Source: Candidatus Pacearchaeota archaeon (GTDB lineage Archaea; Nanobdellota; Nanobdellia; Pacearchaeales; GW2011-AR1). From it: a DNA stretch of 64,000 nucleotides. This document shows, in pieces, positions 8,175 through 16,831 of the stretch (position 1 is its first letter; every line of letters starts with the position of its first letter). The notes under the pieces were generated by a model, which saw nothing but the letters and a program-made list of their open reading frames with translations, was not told where the DNA came from and did not search any database. Where the stretch lies: the NCBI GenBank assembly GCA_016181895.1, contig JACOYL010000009.1, positions 3,346 to 67,345 of the forward strand. Reading direction: 5' to 3'. Made by a program: the position numbers and the translations under genes.

Positions 8175-9158
8175 ATGAGCAAACTGGATAAAATAGATTT
8201 GAAATTGCTGTCCGAGTTGGAAAAAGATTCAGAGCAAACACTTTCGAAGATTGCAAAGAAACTCAAAACTTCCCAGCAAGTTATTAGTTATAGGCTGAAG
8301 TCTTTGGAGGAACGCGGGATTTTGGGAGGATTTTACACGATAATTGACATTGCAAAATTAGGTTATACAAGTTACAGGACGATGATTCGTTTGAGCAATA
8401 TTACAGAAGAGAAACACAAAGAGATAATTAATTTCTTGATGAAACATAAAAATGTTCTCTGGCTTGTGGAATGTGGCGGGCGTTGGGATTTGATTGTAAA
8501 TTTCACGGCGAAAAACATAATTCATTACAATAATATTATGAAAGAATTTGTAAATAGATTCCCAAAACAAATGCAAAATTATGATATTTTAACAACGCTG
8601 GAAGTTATTTATTTTGGAAGAGATTATTTTATAAAAGAAGCAAGGACAGAAATAAAATCTTCCGGTTTCGGCGGAAAATGGGAAACGATTTCAACAGACA
8701 AGACAAATTTACAAATATTGAATTTAATTTCTGAAAACGCAAGAATTAATTCTGTTGAAATCGCAGATAAATTGAAAATAAGTCCGAATACTGTTTTATT
8801 GAGAATAAAAGAAATGAAAAAATCCGGATTGATACAGGGAACAAAACCTTTGATTCATCTAGAAAATATTGGCTATTCAGGATACAAGGCATTGATAAAA
8901 TTCCAAAATTTGACAGAGCAAAAAGAAAAGGAAATTGTCAATCATGTTAAATCAAATGCCAATATTGTCGGGGCGATAAAACTTGTTGGATTGTGGGATT
9001 TTGAAAGTGAATTTGAAGTCGAGAACAAAGAGCAAATGCTAAAGATTACAAGAAATTTCAGGGACAAATTCAAGGAAATTATAAAAGAATTTGAAGTAAT
9101 TCCGTTGTTTCACGAATACAGATATAATTTTTTTCCAGGAGATTTATTGAATGGATAA
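8175..9158 (+). CDS. Tandem (duplicated) Lrp/AsnC-family transcriptional regulator
   Basis: Two HTH_AsnC-like units: 'LDKIDLKLLSELEKDSEQTLSKIAKKLKTSQQVISYRLKSLEERGIL' and 'DKTNLQILNLISENARINSVEIADKLKISPNTVLLRIKEMKKSGLI'. Each is followed by a ligand-domain-like region. Confidence 0.8.
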   Translation: MSKLDKIDLKLLSELEKDSEQTLSKIAKKLKTSQQVISYRLKSLEERGILGGFYTIIDIAKLGYTSYRTMIRLSNITEEKHKEIINFLMKHKNVLWLVECGGRWDLIVNFTAKNIIHYNNIMKEFVNRFPKQMQNYDILTTLEVIYFGRDYFIKEARTEIKSSGFGGKWETISTDKTNLQILNLISENARINSVEIADKLKISPNTVLLRIKEMKKSGLIQGTKPLIHLENIGYSGYKALIKFQNLTEQKEKEIVNHVKSNANIVGAIKLVGLWDFESEFEVENKEQMLKITRNFRDKFKEIIKEFEVIPLFHEYRYNFFPGDLLNG

Positions 9159-9164
9159 AAAATT

Positions 9165-9539
9165 TTACTTGACAAACTCAACATTTTCAAAATCTTTAAA
9201 CTGATTGTCTCCCGTTACAAATCTAAAATTTCTGTTAATAGCCATAATATATCCAAGGCAGTCTATATAACTAAATCTTAGTTTAGAATTTTTTATTCTG
9301 AATTTCGATGCCTCTTTTACATCTTTGATTTCAATATTAATCTTCATGGTTTTTATCTGATCAATAATTTCATCAGCCCTTTTTGCCCCAAAATCCCTGC
9401 TTACGGAATAGTGAACTTCCAGCATATTCATAATGCCTGTAAAATTTATTGTTTTCTCAAATCTCTTAAAATTTTTGTTCTCTTTTATTATTTCAATCAG
9501 AGCATAACTATCTAAGAAGAACGTTTCAGGTGTTTCCAT
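9165..9539 (-). CDS. vapC: PIN-domain toxin (VapC)
   Basis: 124 aa. N-terminal 'FLDSYALIE' acidic motif and size fit PIN. Overlaps the AbrB-type partner. Confidence 0.65.
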   Translation of the reverse strand: METPETFFLDSYALIEIIKENKNFKRFEKTINFTGIMNMLEVHYSVSRDFGAKRADEIIDQIKTMKINIEIKDVKEASKFRIKNSKLRFSYIDCLGYIMAINRNFRFVTGDNQFKDFENVEFVK

Positions 9540-9766
9540 TTTCTTTTTTCCAATTGAAATTCTTCTTTTCTTAATTCATCTTTGAATTTCTGGGCATTTA
9601 TTTTCCAACCTTTCAAAGAACCGAATATCTCTTTTATAGGATTTCCTTTTTCAATTTCCACGGTTATTTCTGTTTCCTTGGTTATGCTTTCTCTTCTCAC
9701 CATTTCTTTGGGCAGGATGATTCCCAGAGAATTCCCCCATTGCTTTGGTTTTGTTATAATTTTCAT
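9512..9766 (-). CDS. vapB: AbrB/SpoVT-type antitoxin (VapB)
   Basis: 'KPKQWGNSLGIILPKEMV' swapped-hairpin motif. Confidence 0.65.
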   Translation of the reverse strand: MKIITKPKQWGNSLGIILPKEMVRRESITKETEITVEIEKGNPIKEIFGSLKGWKINAQKFKDELRKEEFQLEKRKWKHLKRSS

Positions 9767-9818
9767 ATAATGTATAACATATAACTATTTATAAATTTTT
9801 CTAACAACCAAAAATTAA

Positions 9819-10199
9819 TCACTCTTCCCCTGCCTCTTCCGTGGTTTCCTCCTCAACTTCGTCGTCGGGATTTGCAAGTTCCATTATCTCGCCCTCTTTC
9901 ACTATGTCCTCTTCCTCTTCATGTTCCTTTTCCTCGACTTTTTGCTCGCTTGTTTTTTCCTTGACCCTCTTTAATTTTTCTTCCTTTTTTCTTGGCATCG
10001 GTCTTTTCACGGAAATAGGCAAAACTCCCGATTCAAATTCAATCTCCGCAATTTTCAAGGCATCGTATCTTATTTTTTCCATTTCTTCATTGCTTAATTT
10101 TATCAATATCGGCGCGTTCATCGCGATTTGCAAAGCTCTTGCTCCCAAAATCCTTGCGATTTCATATCTCGTGAATTCCTCGTGTTTTTGTTTTTCCAT
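9819..10199 (-). CDS. rpoK: RNA polymerase subunit Rpo6/RpoK with acidic C-terminal tail
   Basis: 'FTRYEIARILGARALQIAMNAPILI' is the Rpo6/Rpb6 core. The last ~55 aa are E/K/D-rich. Confidence 0.85.
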   Translation of the reverse strand: MEKQKHEEFTRYEIARILGARALQIAMNAPILIKLSNEEMEKIRYDALKIAEIEFESGVLPISVKRPMPRKKEEKLKRVKEKTSEQKVEEKEHEEEEDIVKEGEIMELANPDDEVEEETTEEAGEE

Positions 10200-10227
10200 T
10201 TTATTGTCTTTATTAAATCAAAAAATA

Positions 10228-11025
10228 TTATTTTAAATCTTTGCTAATTTCTGAAAAGAGTTTTTTCCAGACTTTCTCGCACAAATCAAGTATCTTCTCA
10301 AAATCCTCGACGCTTAATGAGAAATGATCCCCCTTCTGCATCGAGTAAATTGTTCCCTCATGGCTTCCGATTGTCACTCTTGTTTCGCTTATGTCTTCTT
10401 CTTCCTGGCTCGGGTCTATGAGAAAATGGCTTCCGATCTTGTGGATTGTTATTGATAATGGGATTTCCTTTTTTGTCGGAATTTTTTCTTTCGTCCATTC
10501 TCCATAGACGACTTTTCCGGTTTCCTCGTCGTACTTTGGAATTTTGGCGTTTTTCAAGGCGACAACAGCACCGATTCCCGCCGCATCGAGCAAATTCCCG
10601 TCGGCGTTCATTGAATAAATGTCTATGAAGATGTTCCAGACTTTCTCTCCTTCCTTTATGCACAATTTTTCCAAGTCGATGAACTTGCTTTCCCTTACCA
10701 TCCTGTCGATTATTCTTGCAAGTTCTATTGACTCGATGCTTGGGGGTCCCGGCTCGAATCTCTTTGAACTTAATGGAAGCAATTCAGCCGTAACCATGAG
10801 GTTTCCCTTGTCGGGCGAATCTGAATAAGGTTCCGCCAAATCCATTTTCACCCCCACAATGACTTCCGTGTTTCCCAATTTGACGCGCGCGCTTCCCTCG
10901 GCTTTGTTTGAAATCCCTGTTTCTATTTCTATGTTCCTGAATTCGTCGAACTTTCTTCCGTCGAATCTTTTTCCGTGCTCGAGGTATTCCTTTATTCTCT
11001 CTCCTGTTATGTATGGTGTTTCCAT
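10228..11025 (-). CDS. rrp42: Exosome complex subunit Rrp42 (RNase PH-like, inactive type)
   Basis: 'GKRFDGRKFDEFRNIEIETGISNKAEGSARVKLGNTEVIVGVK'. 265 aa. Position in the superoperon. Confidence 0.85.
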   Translation of the reverse strand: METPYITGERIKEYLEHGKRFDGRKFDEFRNIEIETGISNKAEGSARVKLGNTEVIVGVKMDLAEPYSDSPDKGNLMVTAELLPLSSKRFEPGPPSIESIELARIIDRMVRESKFIDLEKLCIKEGEKVWNIFIDIYSMNADGNLLDAAGIGAVVALKNAKIPKYDEETGKVVYGEWTKEKIPTKKEIPLSITIHKIGSHFLIDPSQEEEDISETRVTIGSHEGTIYSMQKGDHFSLSVEDFEKILDLCEKVWKKLFSEISKDLK

Positions 11026-11201
11026 TATACAAATCTCTCCTGACTTTGTTCTGTTTCAAAATTTCTGTATTTATTTTGCCTTATATTTCTTAATTTTGAT
11101 TGAAATTTCCTTAGCATTTCTATGTCCCCATCTTCAGCAGATAATTCTAACATTAATTTGTAATAATTTTCTCTCCTGCTTGGCAAATATTCTTTATCCA
11201 T
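11025..11201 (-). CDS. Small ORF (58 aa) wedged between rrp41 and rrp42
   Basis: Not in the ORF track (below 60 aa). 'MDKEYLPSRRENYYKLMLELSAEDGDIEMLRKFQSKLRNIRQNKYRNFETEQSQERFV'. Starts 1 nt after the rrp41 stop codon. Its TAA overlaps the rrp42 ATG (TAATG). Confidence 0.35.
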   Translation of the reverse strand: MDKEYLPSRRENYYKLMLELSAEDGDIEMLRKFQSKLRNIRQNKYRNFETEQSQERFV

Positions 11202-11202
11202 T

Positions 11203-11910
11203 TTATTTTTCCTCCAAACTTTCCTTCAAGGCTTTTTTCTGGATTTCATAAATTTCCTTGCAGGCTTTTCTTGCCATTTTAATTGCTTCTTTCAATTGCT
11301 TTGTCTCGATTTTTCCGTCAAGCTGAATGTGCGTGATTCTTCCGTCAGATGTCATCGTTATCGGAATGTCTGTGGCTCCTTCTCCCTCTTCCCAGTCTTC
11401 CTCGTCTTTTGCAACGTCGACGACAAGTTGCTTGTCGAGTTTTCCTATTGAAACGCTTGAAACAATGTCTCTCATAGGAATTCCCGCGTGCGCAAGAGCC
11501 AAAGCTGCCGCGTTTATTCCCGCGCATCTTGTCGATGCGTTTGCCTGAATGATGCTCACGTAAACATCAATCACTGTTCCAGGAAACCTGTCTGTCATAA
11601 CAACAGGCTCGAGAGCCCATTCTGAAATCTTGCTTATTTCCATGCTTCTTCTGCTTGGTCCTGGGCGAATTCTTTCTGAAACAGAGAAACTTATCATGTT
11701 GTAATTGTATCTCAATGTTCCCTTTGCGACATTTTGCAGGTGCGCGGGGTGCATTTTCTTGGGTCCGTAGACGGCGGCGATTGCTATAGTGTCGCCGAAT
11801 GAAAACATCGCGCTGCCGTCGGCGTTTCCTATGATTCCAACTTTCGCGGTTATCTTTCTTGTCTCGTCGATTTTTCTTCCGTCGGGGCGTTTGAAATCTT
11901 TTTCTTTCAT
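11203..11910 (-). CDS. rrp41: Exosome complex exonuclease Rrp41 (RNase PH)
   Basis: 'RPDGRKIDETRKITAKVGIIGNADGSAMFSFGDTIAIAAVYGPK'. Confidence 0.9.
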   Translation of the reverse strand: MKEKDFKRPDGRKIDETRKITAKVGIIGNADGSAMFSFGDTIAIAAVYGPKKMHPAHLQNVAKGTLRYNYNMISFSVSERIRPGPSRRSMEISKISEWALEPVVMTDRFPGTVIDVYVSIIQANASTRCAGINAAALALAHAGIPMRDIVSSVSIGKLDKQLVVDVAKDEEDWEEGEGATDIPITMTSDGRITHIQLDGKIETKQLKEAIKMARKACKEIYEIQKKALKESLEEK

Positions 11911-11911
11911 T

Positions 11912-12244
11912 TTAATCGTAAACCCTCCTTTGTTTATCTTTCAACGTAAAATAAAGTTGCGCCACGTCTTCTTGGCTAAGTCTAGATACTTGGTTAATTT
12001 CATTTAATCTCCTCTGATTAACACTTTTCTTTTTATCGTATTTTAACAAAGGAAAGATTTGTTCACTATTTCTTTTCAAATCTTCAACATGATTCATAAA
12101 CCACGCGGCTGCAACCCCAGCATTTTCTATTACTGTCCCGCCAATAAGTTCTCCACTCGGCCCTTCATCAATCAACATTAGCGTATAACCACTTGAAGGA
12201 AATAAGTAATCTCCAACTCTTGATAACATTTTTCTAAGACTCAT
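11912..12244 (-). CDS. Hypothetical protein (110 aa) inserted in the exosome operon
   Basis: ORF 11912-12346. Met35 (12244) directly follows the stop codon of the 73-aa ORF. Its own stop lies 1 nt before the rrp41 start. Confidence 0.45.
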   Translation of the reverse strand: MSLRKMLSRVGDYLFPSSGYTLMLIDEGPSGELIGGTVIENAGVAAAWFMNHVEDLKRNSEQIFPLLKYDKKKSVNQRRLNEINQVSRLSQEDVAQLYFTLKDKQRRVYD

Positions 12245-12245
12245 T

Positions 12246-12467
12246 TTATTTTTTTGCCTCTGTTTTAATTTCAATTTCAAGTCCTCCGACAATAACTCTA
12301 TCTGGAGATGCTCGGGATATTCTCTCCATATGTCTCTTATAAACATTTCTTATCCCAGTATAATATTTCTTGAATGATGGAGATAATACCTCTTCTATTA
12401 ATTGGTCATTAGTTTCCAAATTTGTTGCATTAACTCTTCCATCTTCATACTCCAATCTTATTTTCAT
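12246..12467 (-). CDS. Hypothetical protein (73 aa) inserted in the exosome operon
   Basis: Its ATG overlaps the rrp4 stop codon (ATGA). Confidence 0.4.
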   Translation of the reverse strand: MKIRLEYEDGRVNATNLETNDQLIEEVLSPSFKKYYTGIRNVYKRHMERISRASPDRVIVGGLEIEIKTEAKK

Positions 12468-13129
12468 TTCCCCCTCCGATTTTTCTCAAACCATTTTTTT
12501 ACTTCTTCCGTCAATCCCTCGACAAATGATTTCTCGACGATGTGCAAAATCGCCTTCTTCGCGAACAATTCGTCCTCGACATTGTTTCCCTGAATCCATA
12601 TGATTCCGTTTTGTCCGACGGTTATGTTGCACCTTGTTTCGTCCTTAATCATGCTTATCATGCTCCCCTCTTTTCCGATAACACGGGGAACCTTGTTTGA
12701 ATTTACCTCCATCGTGATTCCCTTTTCTATTTTTCCCAAGCCGTGCATCTTCGTCGTCAAGTCAATTCCCCTTTTTGTTATTTCGTTTATTTTCGCGACA
12801 ACCATGTCTCCCAAGTCGAGAAATTCATCCAGCCCGTTTTTGTTCACGAATCTCGGAGTTTCCATCAAAGGAAGAAAAGAGGTTTCGGGAGTTCCGATGT
12901 CTATAACCCAGCCGTTGAATGTGATGTTCTCGACTTTTCCTATCACAAGATTTCCTCTTCGCGGAATGTAAACTCCCGACAAAGGAATTACTTTCACGAG
13001 TTTGTTTGCTTCCTCCGCAAGCCCGTATTTTATCGCGACTATGTCATTTCCTCTTTTTTCCGTTCCGTCTCCCGGAAGATAACTTTCTCCGCTCACTATG
13101 ACTTCGCCGGGAATTATCACTTTTCTCAT
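12464..13129 (-). CDS. rrp4: Exosome RNA-binding subunit Rrp4 (S1 + KH)
   Basis: 'YIPRRGNLVIGKVENITFNGWVIDIGTPETSFLP' (S1) and a C-terminal KH-like 'IGKEGSMISMIKDETRCNITVGQNG'. Confidence 0.85.
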   Translation of the reverse strand: MRKVIIPGEVIVSGESYLPGDGTEKRGNDIVAIKYGLAEEANKLVKVIPLSGVYIPRRGNLVIGKVENITFNGWVIDIGTPETSFLPLMETPRFVNKNGLDEFLDLGDMVVAKINEITKRGIDLTTKMHGLGKIEKGITMEVNSNKVPRVIGKEGSMISMIKDETRCNITVGQNGIIWIQGNNVEDELFAKKAILHIVEKSFVEGLTEEVKKWFEKNRRGK

Positions 13130-13401
13130 TTTTGTTTTAATTTAACTCCAAATTTACTCTGCATGAATTCAGCATATTTTTCAATCGTTTCTCTTTCTCC
13201 TGAAAGTTCAACTTCTGCCTGCTTCCCGGAGTCATCAAAAGCATTTCTTACAGCCATTCTTATTCCCCTATATCTTAAATTATAACTTCTTGTATCCTTT
13301 TCAAGTTCTACACAATTTTTGTAAAATTTGTATGTTTTGGCATCAAAAACAAACACTGACAAGGGCGCATCATTCTTGAAAACTAAATATTCAATCTTCA
13401 T
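13126..13401 (-). CDS. Hypothetical protein (91 aa from Met23) inserted between SBDS and rrp4
   Basis: ORF 13126-13467. The internal Met at 13401 abuts the upstream 73-aa ORF stop codon. Its own stop overlaps the rrp4 ATG (ATGA). Confidence 0.4.
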   Translation of the reverse strand: MKIEYLVFKNDAPLSVFVFDAKTYKFYKNCVELEKDTRSYNLRYRGIRMAVRNAFDDSGKQAEVELSGERETIEKYAEFMQSKFGVKLKQK

Positions 13402-13402
13402 C

Positions 13403-13624
13403 TTATGCCGCTTTTTCCAAAAATTTATTTTGATAACTTTCGCAATTAAAATTGCATCTTCCGGCAAACATTTGCTTATAATAACTGCACCAACTCTTGT
13501 TATTAGTGGGAATTTCGCTATTAATACAAGATTTATATGCGGGAATATTTCTTAATTTTTCAGTTAATCTTTCTGTTTGAGTTTGTGAACTTTCTATTAC
13601 TATTTGTAAACTCTTTAAGCTCAT
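13403..13624 (-). CDS. Hypothetical Cys-containing protein (73 aa)
   Basis: Its ATG overlaps the SBDS stop codon (ATGA). Confidence 0.3.
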   Translation of the reverse strand: MSLKSLQIVIESSQTQTERLTEKLRNIPAYKSCINSEIPTNNKSWCSYYKQMFAGRCNFNCESYQNKFLEKAA

Positions 13625-14292
13625 TCTTTCATCTCCTCCGTCAAAATCGCGCCGTGCGTCGCTGAATTTAATTTGTCGTAAAAATCAATTATAAATCCCG
13701 CCGGAATGCTGGCTATGATTTCCAAGTCGCCGTTTGAAAGCCAGTTTTCCTCTTCCTTATACTGATTGACAAGCCCGTAGGCTTTTCCGGTATGAATCGC
13801 TGGAATCGTGATTTTGACTTTCTTCGTTTCTATTTTTATGGGAAGGATCTTGCTTATCTCTGAAATTATCTCTTGAATTTGATTTTCAATTGCGACGTTT
13901 TTGATATTCACATGAGATTGTTCAAGCGCCGATTTAATTCTCTCTGGAGTGTGCGGCATTCTCGTTTGCGGATTAATCGCGTTTCTAGAAAGGAAATCAA
14001 CAACCTGTTTTATTCTCTTTTCCTTTTCTTCTTCCCTGAAATCTTGGGTTAGAAGTATCTCTCCGCTTTTCACGATTTTCTGCGCGATTTCATAAATGTC
14101 GTCTGTTCCGAAAGAATTTTTCAAATCAGATTCCTTCGCGGTGAATCCTTTTTTGCTGTCGGAAAAAATCTTGTCGATTTCCAGAAAATCGCTTCCTTTT
14201 CCCGTTTTCTTGAAATTTATCGCCTTTTCCAAGTCAACGAGAATTTCAAAATGTTTTCCAGACTGTTTTATTCTTGCGGTTGTTTGCGTCAT
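13621..14292 (-). CDS. SBDS-family ribosome maturation protein
   Basis: 'ARIKQSGKHFEILVDLEKA' N-terminal FYSH-domain signature. 223 aa. Superoperon position. Confidence 0.85.
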   Translation of the reverse strand: MTQTTARIKQSGKHFEILVDLEKAINFKKTGKGSDFLEIDKIFSDSKKGFTAKESDLKNSFGTDDIYEIAQKIVKSGEILLTQDFREEEKEKRIKQVVDFLSRNAINPQTRMPHTPERIKSALEQSHVNIKNVAIENQIQEIISEISKILPIKIETKKVKITIPAIHTGKAYGLVNQYKEEENWLSNGDLEIIASIPAGFIIDFYDKLNSATHGAILTEEMKE

Positions 14293-14540
14293 TTTGAATC
14301 TTCCCCTGAAAAAACAGCTTCTAATTTAACTAAATTTTTCCCTGCTCTGCTAAACATTATATTATTAAATACGGGATAAATACTTTCTATTTCTTGTCTA
14401 ATTTTTATAGGTAATTTTTCTCTTGCTTCTAAATCTAGGGTTTCTCCATTATGAGTTAAAAAAAATTCTGTTCTGTTACCATATTCTCGAGGTTTTATTT
14501 CTACTCTTAATATATATTCATTTCCCATATTACTTTGCAA
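14289..14540 (-). CDS. Hypothetical protein (83 aa) inserted between psmA and SBDS
   Basis: Its stop codon overlaps the SBDS ATG (ATGA). Met5 (14528) follows the psmA stop codon. Confidence 0.4.
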   Translation of the reverse strand: MQSNMGNEYILRVEIKPREYGNRTEFFLTHNGETLDLEAREKLPIKIRQEIESIYPVFNNIMFSRAGKNLVKLEAVFSGEDSK

Positions 14541-15252
14541 AATTCTTTAATTCGTTTCCCTCGAGTCTTGTGATTTTTCCCTTATCATCGATGTAAACAA
14601 CCTCGAATTTCTCGATGTTGAATTTCGTGCCTTGAATTTCCTTGAAAACATCAAGAACTGTTTTGACGCCTTTCTTTATCGTCAAGTCGTGCTTGTAAAC
14701 TTCCCTCAGCTTTTCCTTTATTTTGTCGTCGTTTTCCCCGATTGCGTTCGCGTGATACGAGAAATAATTTCCGGAGACATTGCTTACGTACAACTCCGGT
14801 TTCTTTCCGTTCATTCCCGCGAGCATGAAGAAAACCCCGAAAGGCCTTGCGCCCCCGTATTGCGTGAATTGCTGTTTTATGTTCGCGATTTCCTTTATGA
14901 CAAGTTCCGGTTCTATGGGAGAATCGTAAGTCACCCTGTGTTGTTGCGAAATTACCTGCGCCCTTTCAACAAGAACTCTCGCGTCCGCGACAACGCCTGC
15001 TGCTGAGGCAATTATGTGCGAATCGATTTCGTAAACTTTGTTCGCGGATTTTGAAACAATCAATTTGTCGTCTATTCTCTTGTCCGCAAGAATGAAAACT
15101 CCGTCTGTGCAAGCCATGCCGACGCTGGAACTTCCCCACTTTGTCGCCTTTTCCGCATATTCAACCTGAATTATCGTTCCTTCGGGAGAAAACATCGTGG
15201 CAGTCCTGTCATAGCCCATTGCCTGATGCTGCATATCCATAGGTAAATCCAT
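14530..15252 (-). CDS. psmA: Proteasome subunit alpha
   Basis: 'GYDRTATMFSPEGTIIQVEYAEKA'. Confidence 0.9.
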   Translation of the reverse strand: MDLPMDMQHQAMGYDRTATMFSPEGTIIQVEYAEKATKWGSSSVGMACTDGVFILADKRIDDKLIVSKSANKVYEIDSHIIASAAGVVADARVLVERAQVISQQHRVTYDSPIEPELVIKEIANIKQQFTQYGGARPFGVFFMLAGMNGKKPELYVSNVSGNYFSYHANAIGENDDKIKEKLREVYKHDLTIKKGVKTVLDVFKEIQGTKFNIEKFEVVYIDDKGKITRLEGNELKNFAK

Positions 15253-15302
15253 TATAAAAAATTCCTATTTTTTATTTTGACTTCTGTCATTATGCAACCT
15301 CC

Positions 15303-15362
15303 TGTTGCGATGCTTTGTTTCTCCCCGATGCGTATGGGAATCGCAATGCTAATCGCTTTGTA
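15303..15362. repeat. Partial copy of the MITE-like repeat core
   Basis: 'gttgcgatgc...ccgatgcgtatgggaatcgcaatgctaatcgctttg' resembles the cores of 32625-32820 and 46317-46437. Confidence 0.5.
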
Positions 15363-15523
15363 TGCTTGAAAAATTTATTTTTCATTTTCTAATTTCAGAG
15401 AAATTTATAATGTGTAAATTTCCTTTTCTTTCTCCGTACAAAAAACATAGAAATGGGGAATTTAAAAGGTTTTTGGTGTGTCCTTACACAAATTATTATA
15501 AATAATAATTTCTGTTTGCTTCA

Positions 15524-16384
15524 ATGAAAATTGGTGTTGTCGGAGTCGGGATTGTTGGCGGGGCTACTGCGGAAGTCCTAAAAAATGTCCATGAATTATT
15601 CTTATATGATAGATTCAAGCAGGAACACAATTCTCCGGAAAACTTGCGCAATCTTGTTAAAAATTCCGATGTGATATTCATTTGCGTTCCTACGCCGATG
15701 AAAATTACGGGAGAGATAGACTATTCAGACATACATAATTCAATGGACCAATTGATTGAAGAATTGATTAAAATAGGAAGAAACCCGCAAGACATTCTTA
15801 TTGTAATAAGGTCAACCGCGGTTTCCGGAGCCACGGACAAATTGGCATATAAATATCCGTTTAGATTTGCGTTTAATCCGGAGTTTTTGAGGGAAAAACA
15901 TGCCTTTGACGACATGAAAAATACTGACAGGATTGTAATCGGCGCCAATGATGAAAGAAGCACAAATCAATTGCGTGACATTTACAAACCGCTTTTTCCA
16001 AACGCCAAATATTCAACAGTAACGAGAAAAGAAGCCGAAATGATAAAATATGCCGCAAATGTCGTCCTTGCCTCTCAAGTTACAGTCGCAAATGAAATAT
16101 TTCAAATCTGCAAGGCGGTCGGCGTGGATTATGATATTGTAAAGAATGCAATTTTGCTTGACAAAAGAATTGGAAGCAACATAGAAGTTCCAGGTCCCGA
16201 CGGCGATTTTGGATTCGGCGGCAAATGTTTTCCAAAGGACTTGAAAGCATTGATAAGACTTGCGCAAGAACACGAGTATGACCCCTATCTTCTTCAGGAA
16301 ATATGGAGAACAAATGAAAGAATCAGAAAGAACAAAGATTGGCTGAAAATCAAGGGGGCAACTTCAAAAAATAATTATTTGTGA
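15524..16384 (+). CDS. UDP-glucose/GDP-mannose dehydrogenase family protein lacking the C-terminal UDP-binding domain
   Basis: 'MKIGVVGVGIVGGA' Rossmann motif and the catalytic 'GFGGKCFPKDL'. Ends at 286 aa, immediately before the duplicated pop5 3' fragment. Confidence 0.7.
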   Translation: MKIGVVGVGIVGGATAEVLKNVHELFLYDRFKQEHNSPENLRNLVKNSDVIFICVPTPMKITGEIDYSDIHNSMDQLIEELIKIGRNPQDILIVIRSTAVSGATDKLAYKYPFRFAFNPEFLREKHAFDDMKNTDRIVIGANDERSTNQLRDIYKPLFPNAKYSTVTRKEAEMIKYAANVVLASQVTVANEIFQICKAVGVDYDIVKNAILLDKRIGSNIEVPGPDGDFGFGGKCFPKDLKALIRLAQEHEYDPYLLQEIWRTNERIRKNKDWLKIKGATSKNNYL

Positions 16385-16385
16385 C

Positions 16386-16420
16386 TTCCCCTCAATCCCT
16401 TCAACGTCCCGCTGACTTTC
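16386..16420. repeat. Direct repeat DR1: duplicate of the pop5 3' end
   Basis: 'ttcccctcaatcccttcaacgtcccgctgactttc' matches 17113-17147 at 34 of 35 positions. Confidence 0.9.
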
Positions 16421-16483
16421 CATGAAGGTGATGTGCCCTGATTTCTTTTCGCGGATTTTGTTTTAATTCATATAGATATTTTG

Positions 16484-16831
16484 TTATATTAACTTAGAAA
16501 ATTCTTCTTTTACTTTTGATAAAGTTATTTTATTTACTTTAGCAATTCTCTTGTTGATAATGCTTTTATTCAGAGTAAATAATTTGTCAATCTTAATCCT
16601 GCTTTTTGCAGGTATTCTGCCATTTTTCAAATCACTATTATCAATTAAAACAGAATATTTTGCGTCTTTCAAATTTGAAGTAATTCCGCAAGTAATAACG
16701 TCATCAGATGTCTTATTGGCAATATCCTTGGACAATATTAAAACAGGTCTTTGTTTTATGTTGCTTAAATCAGAAAAAGGGAAGGGCACAACAACAATTT
16801 CTCCTTGTTCATACATCATTCCATATTTCAT
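16484..16831 (-). CDS. mazF: MazF/PemK-family toxin
   Basis: 'GEIVVVPFPFSDLSNIKQRPVLILS'. Confidence 0.8.
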   Translation of the reverse strand: MKYGMMYEQGEIVVVPFPFSDLSNIKQRPVLILSKDIANKTSDDVITCGITSNLKDAKYSVLIDNSDLKNGRIPAKSRIKIDKLFTLNKSIINKRIAKVNKITLSKVKEEFSKLI

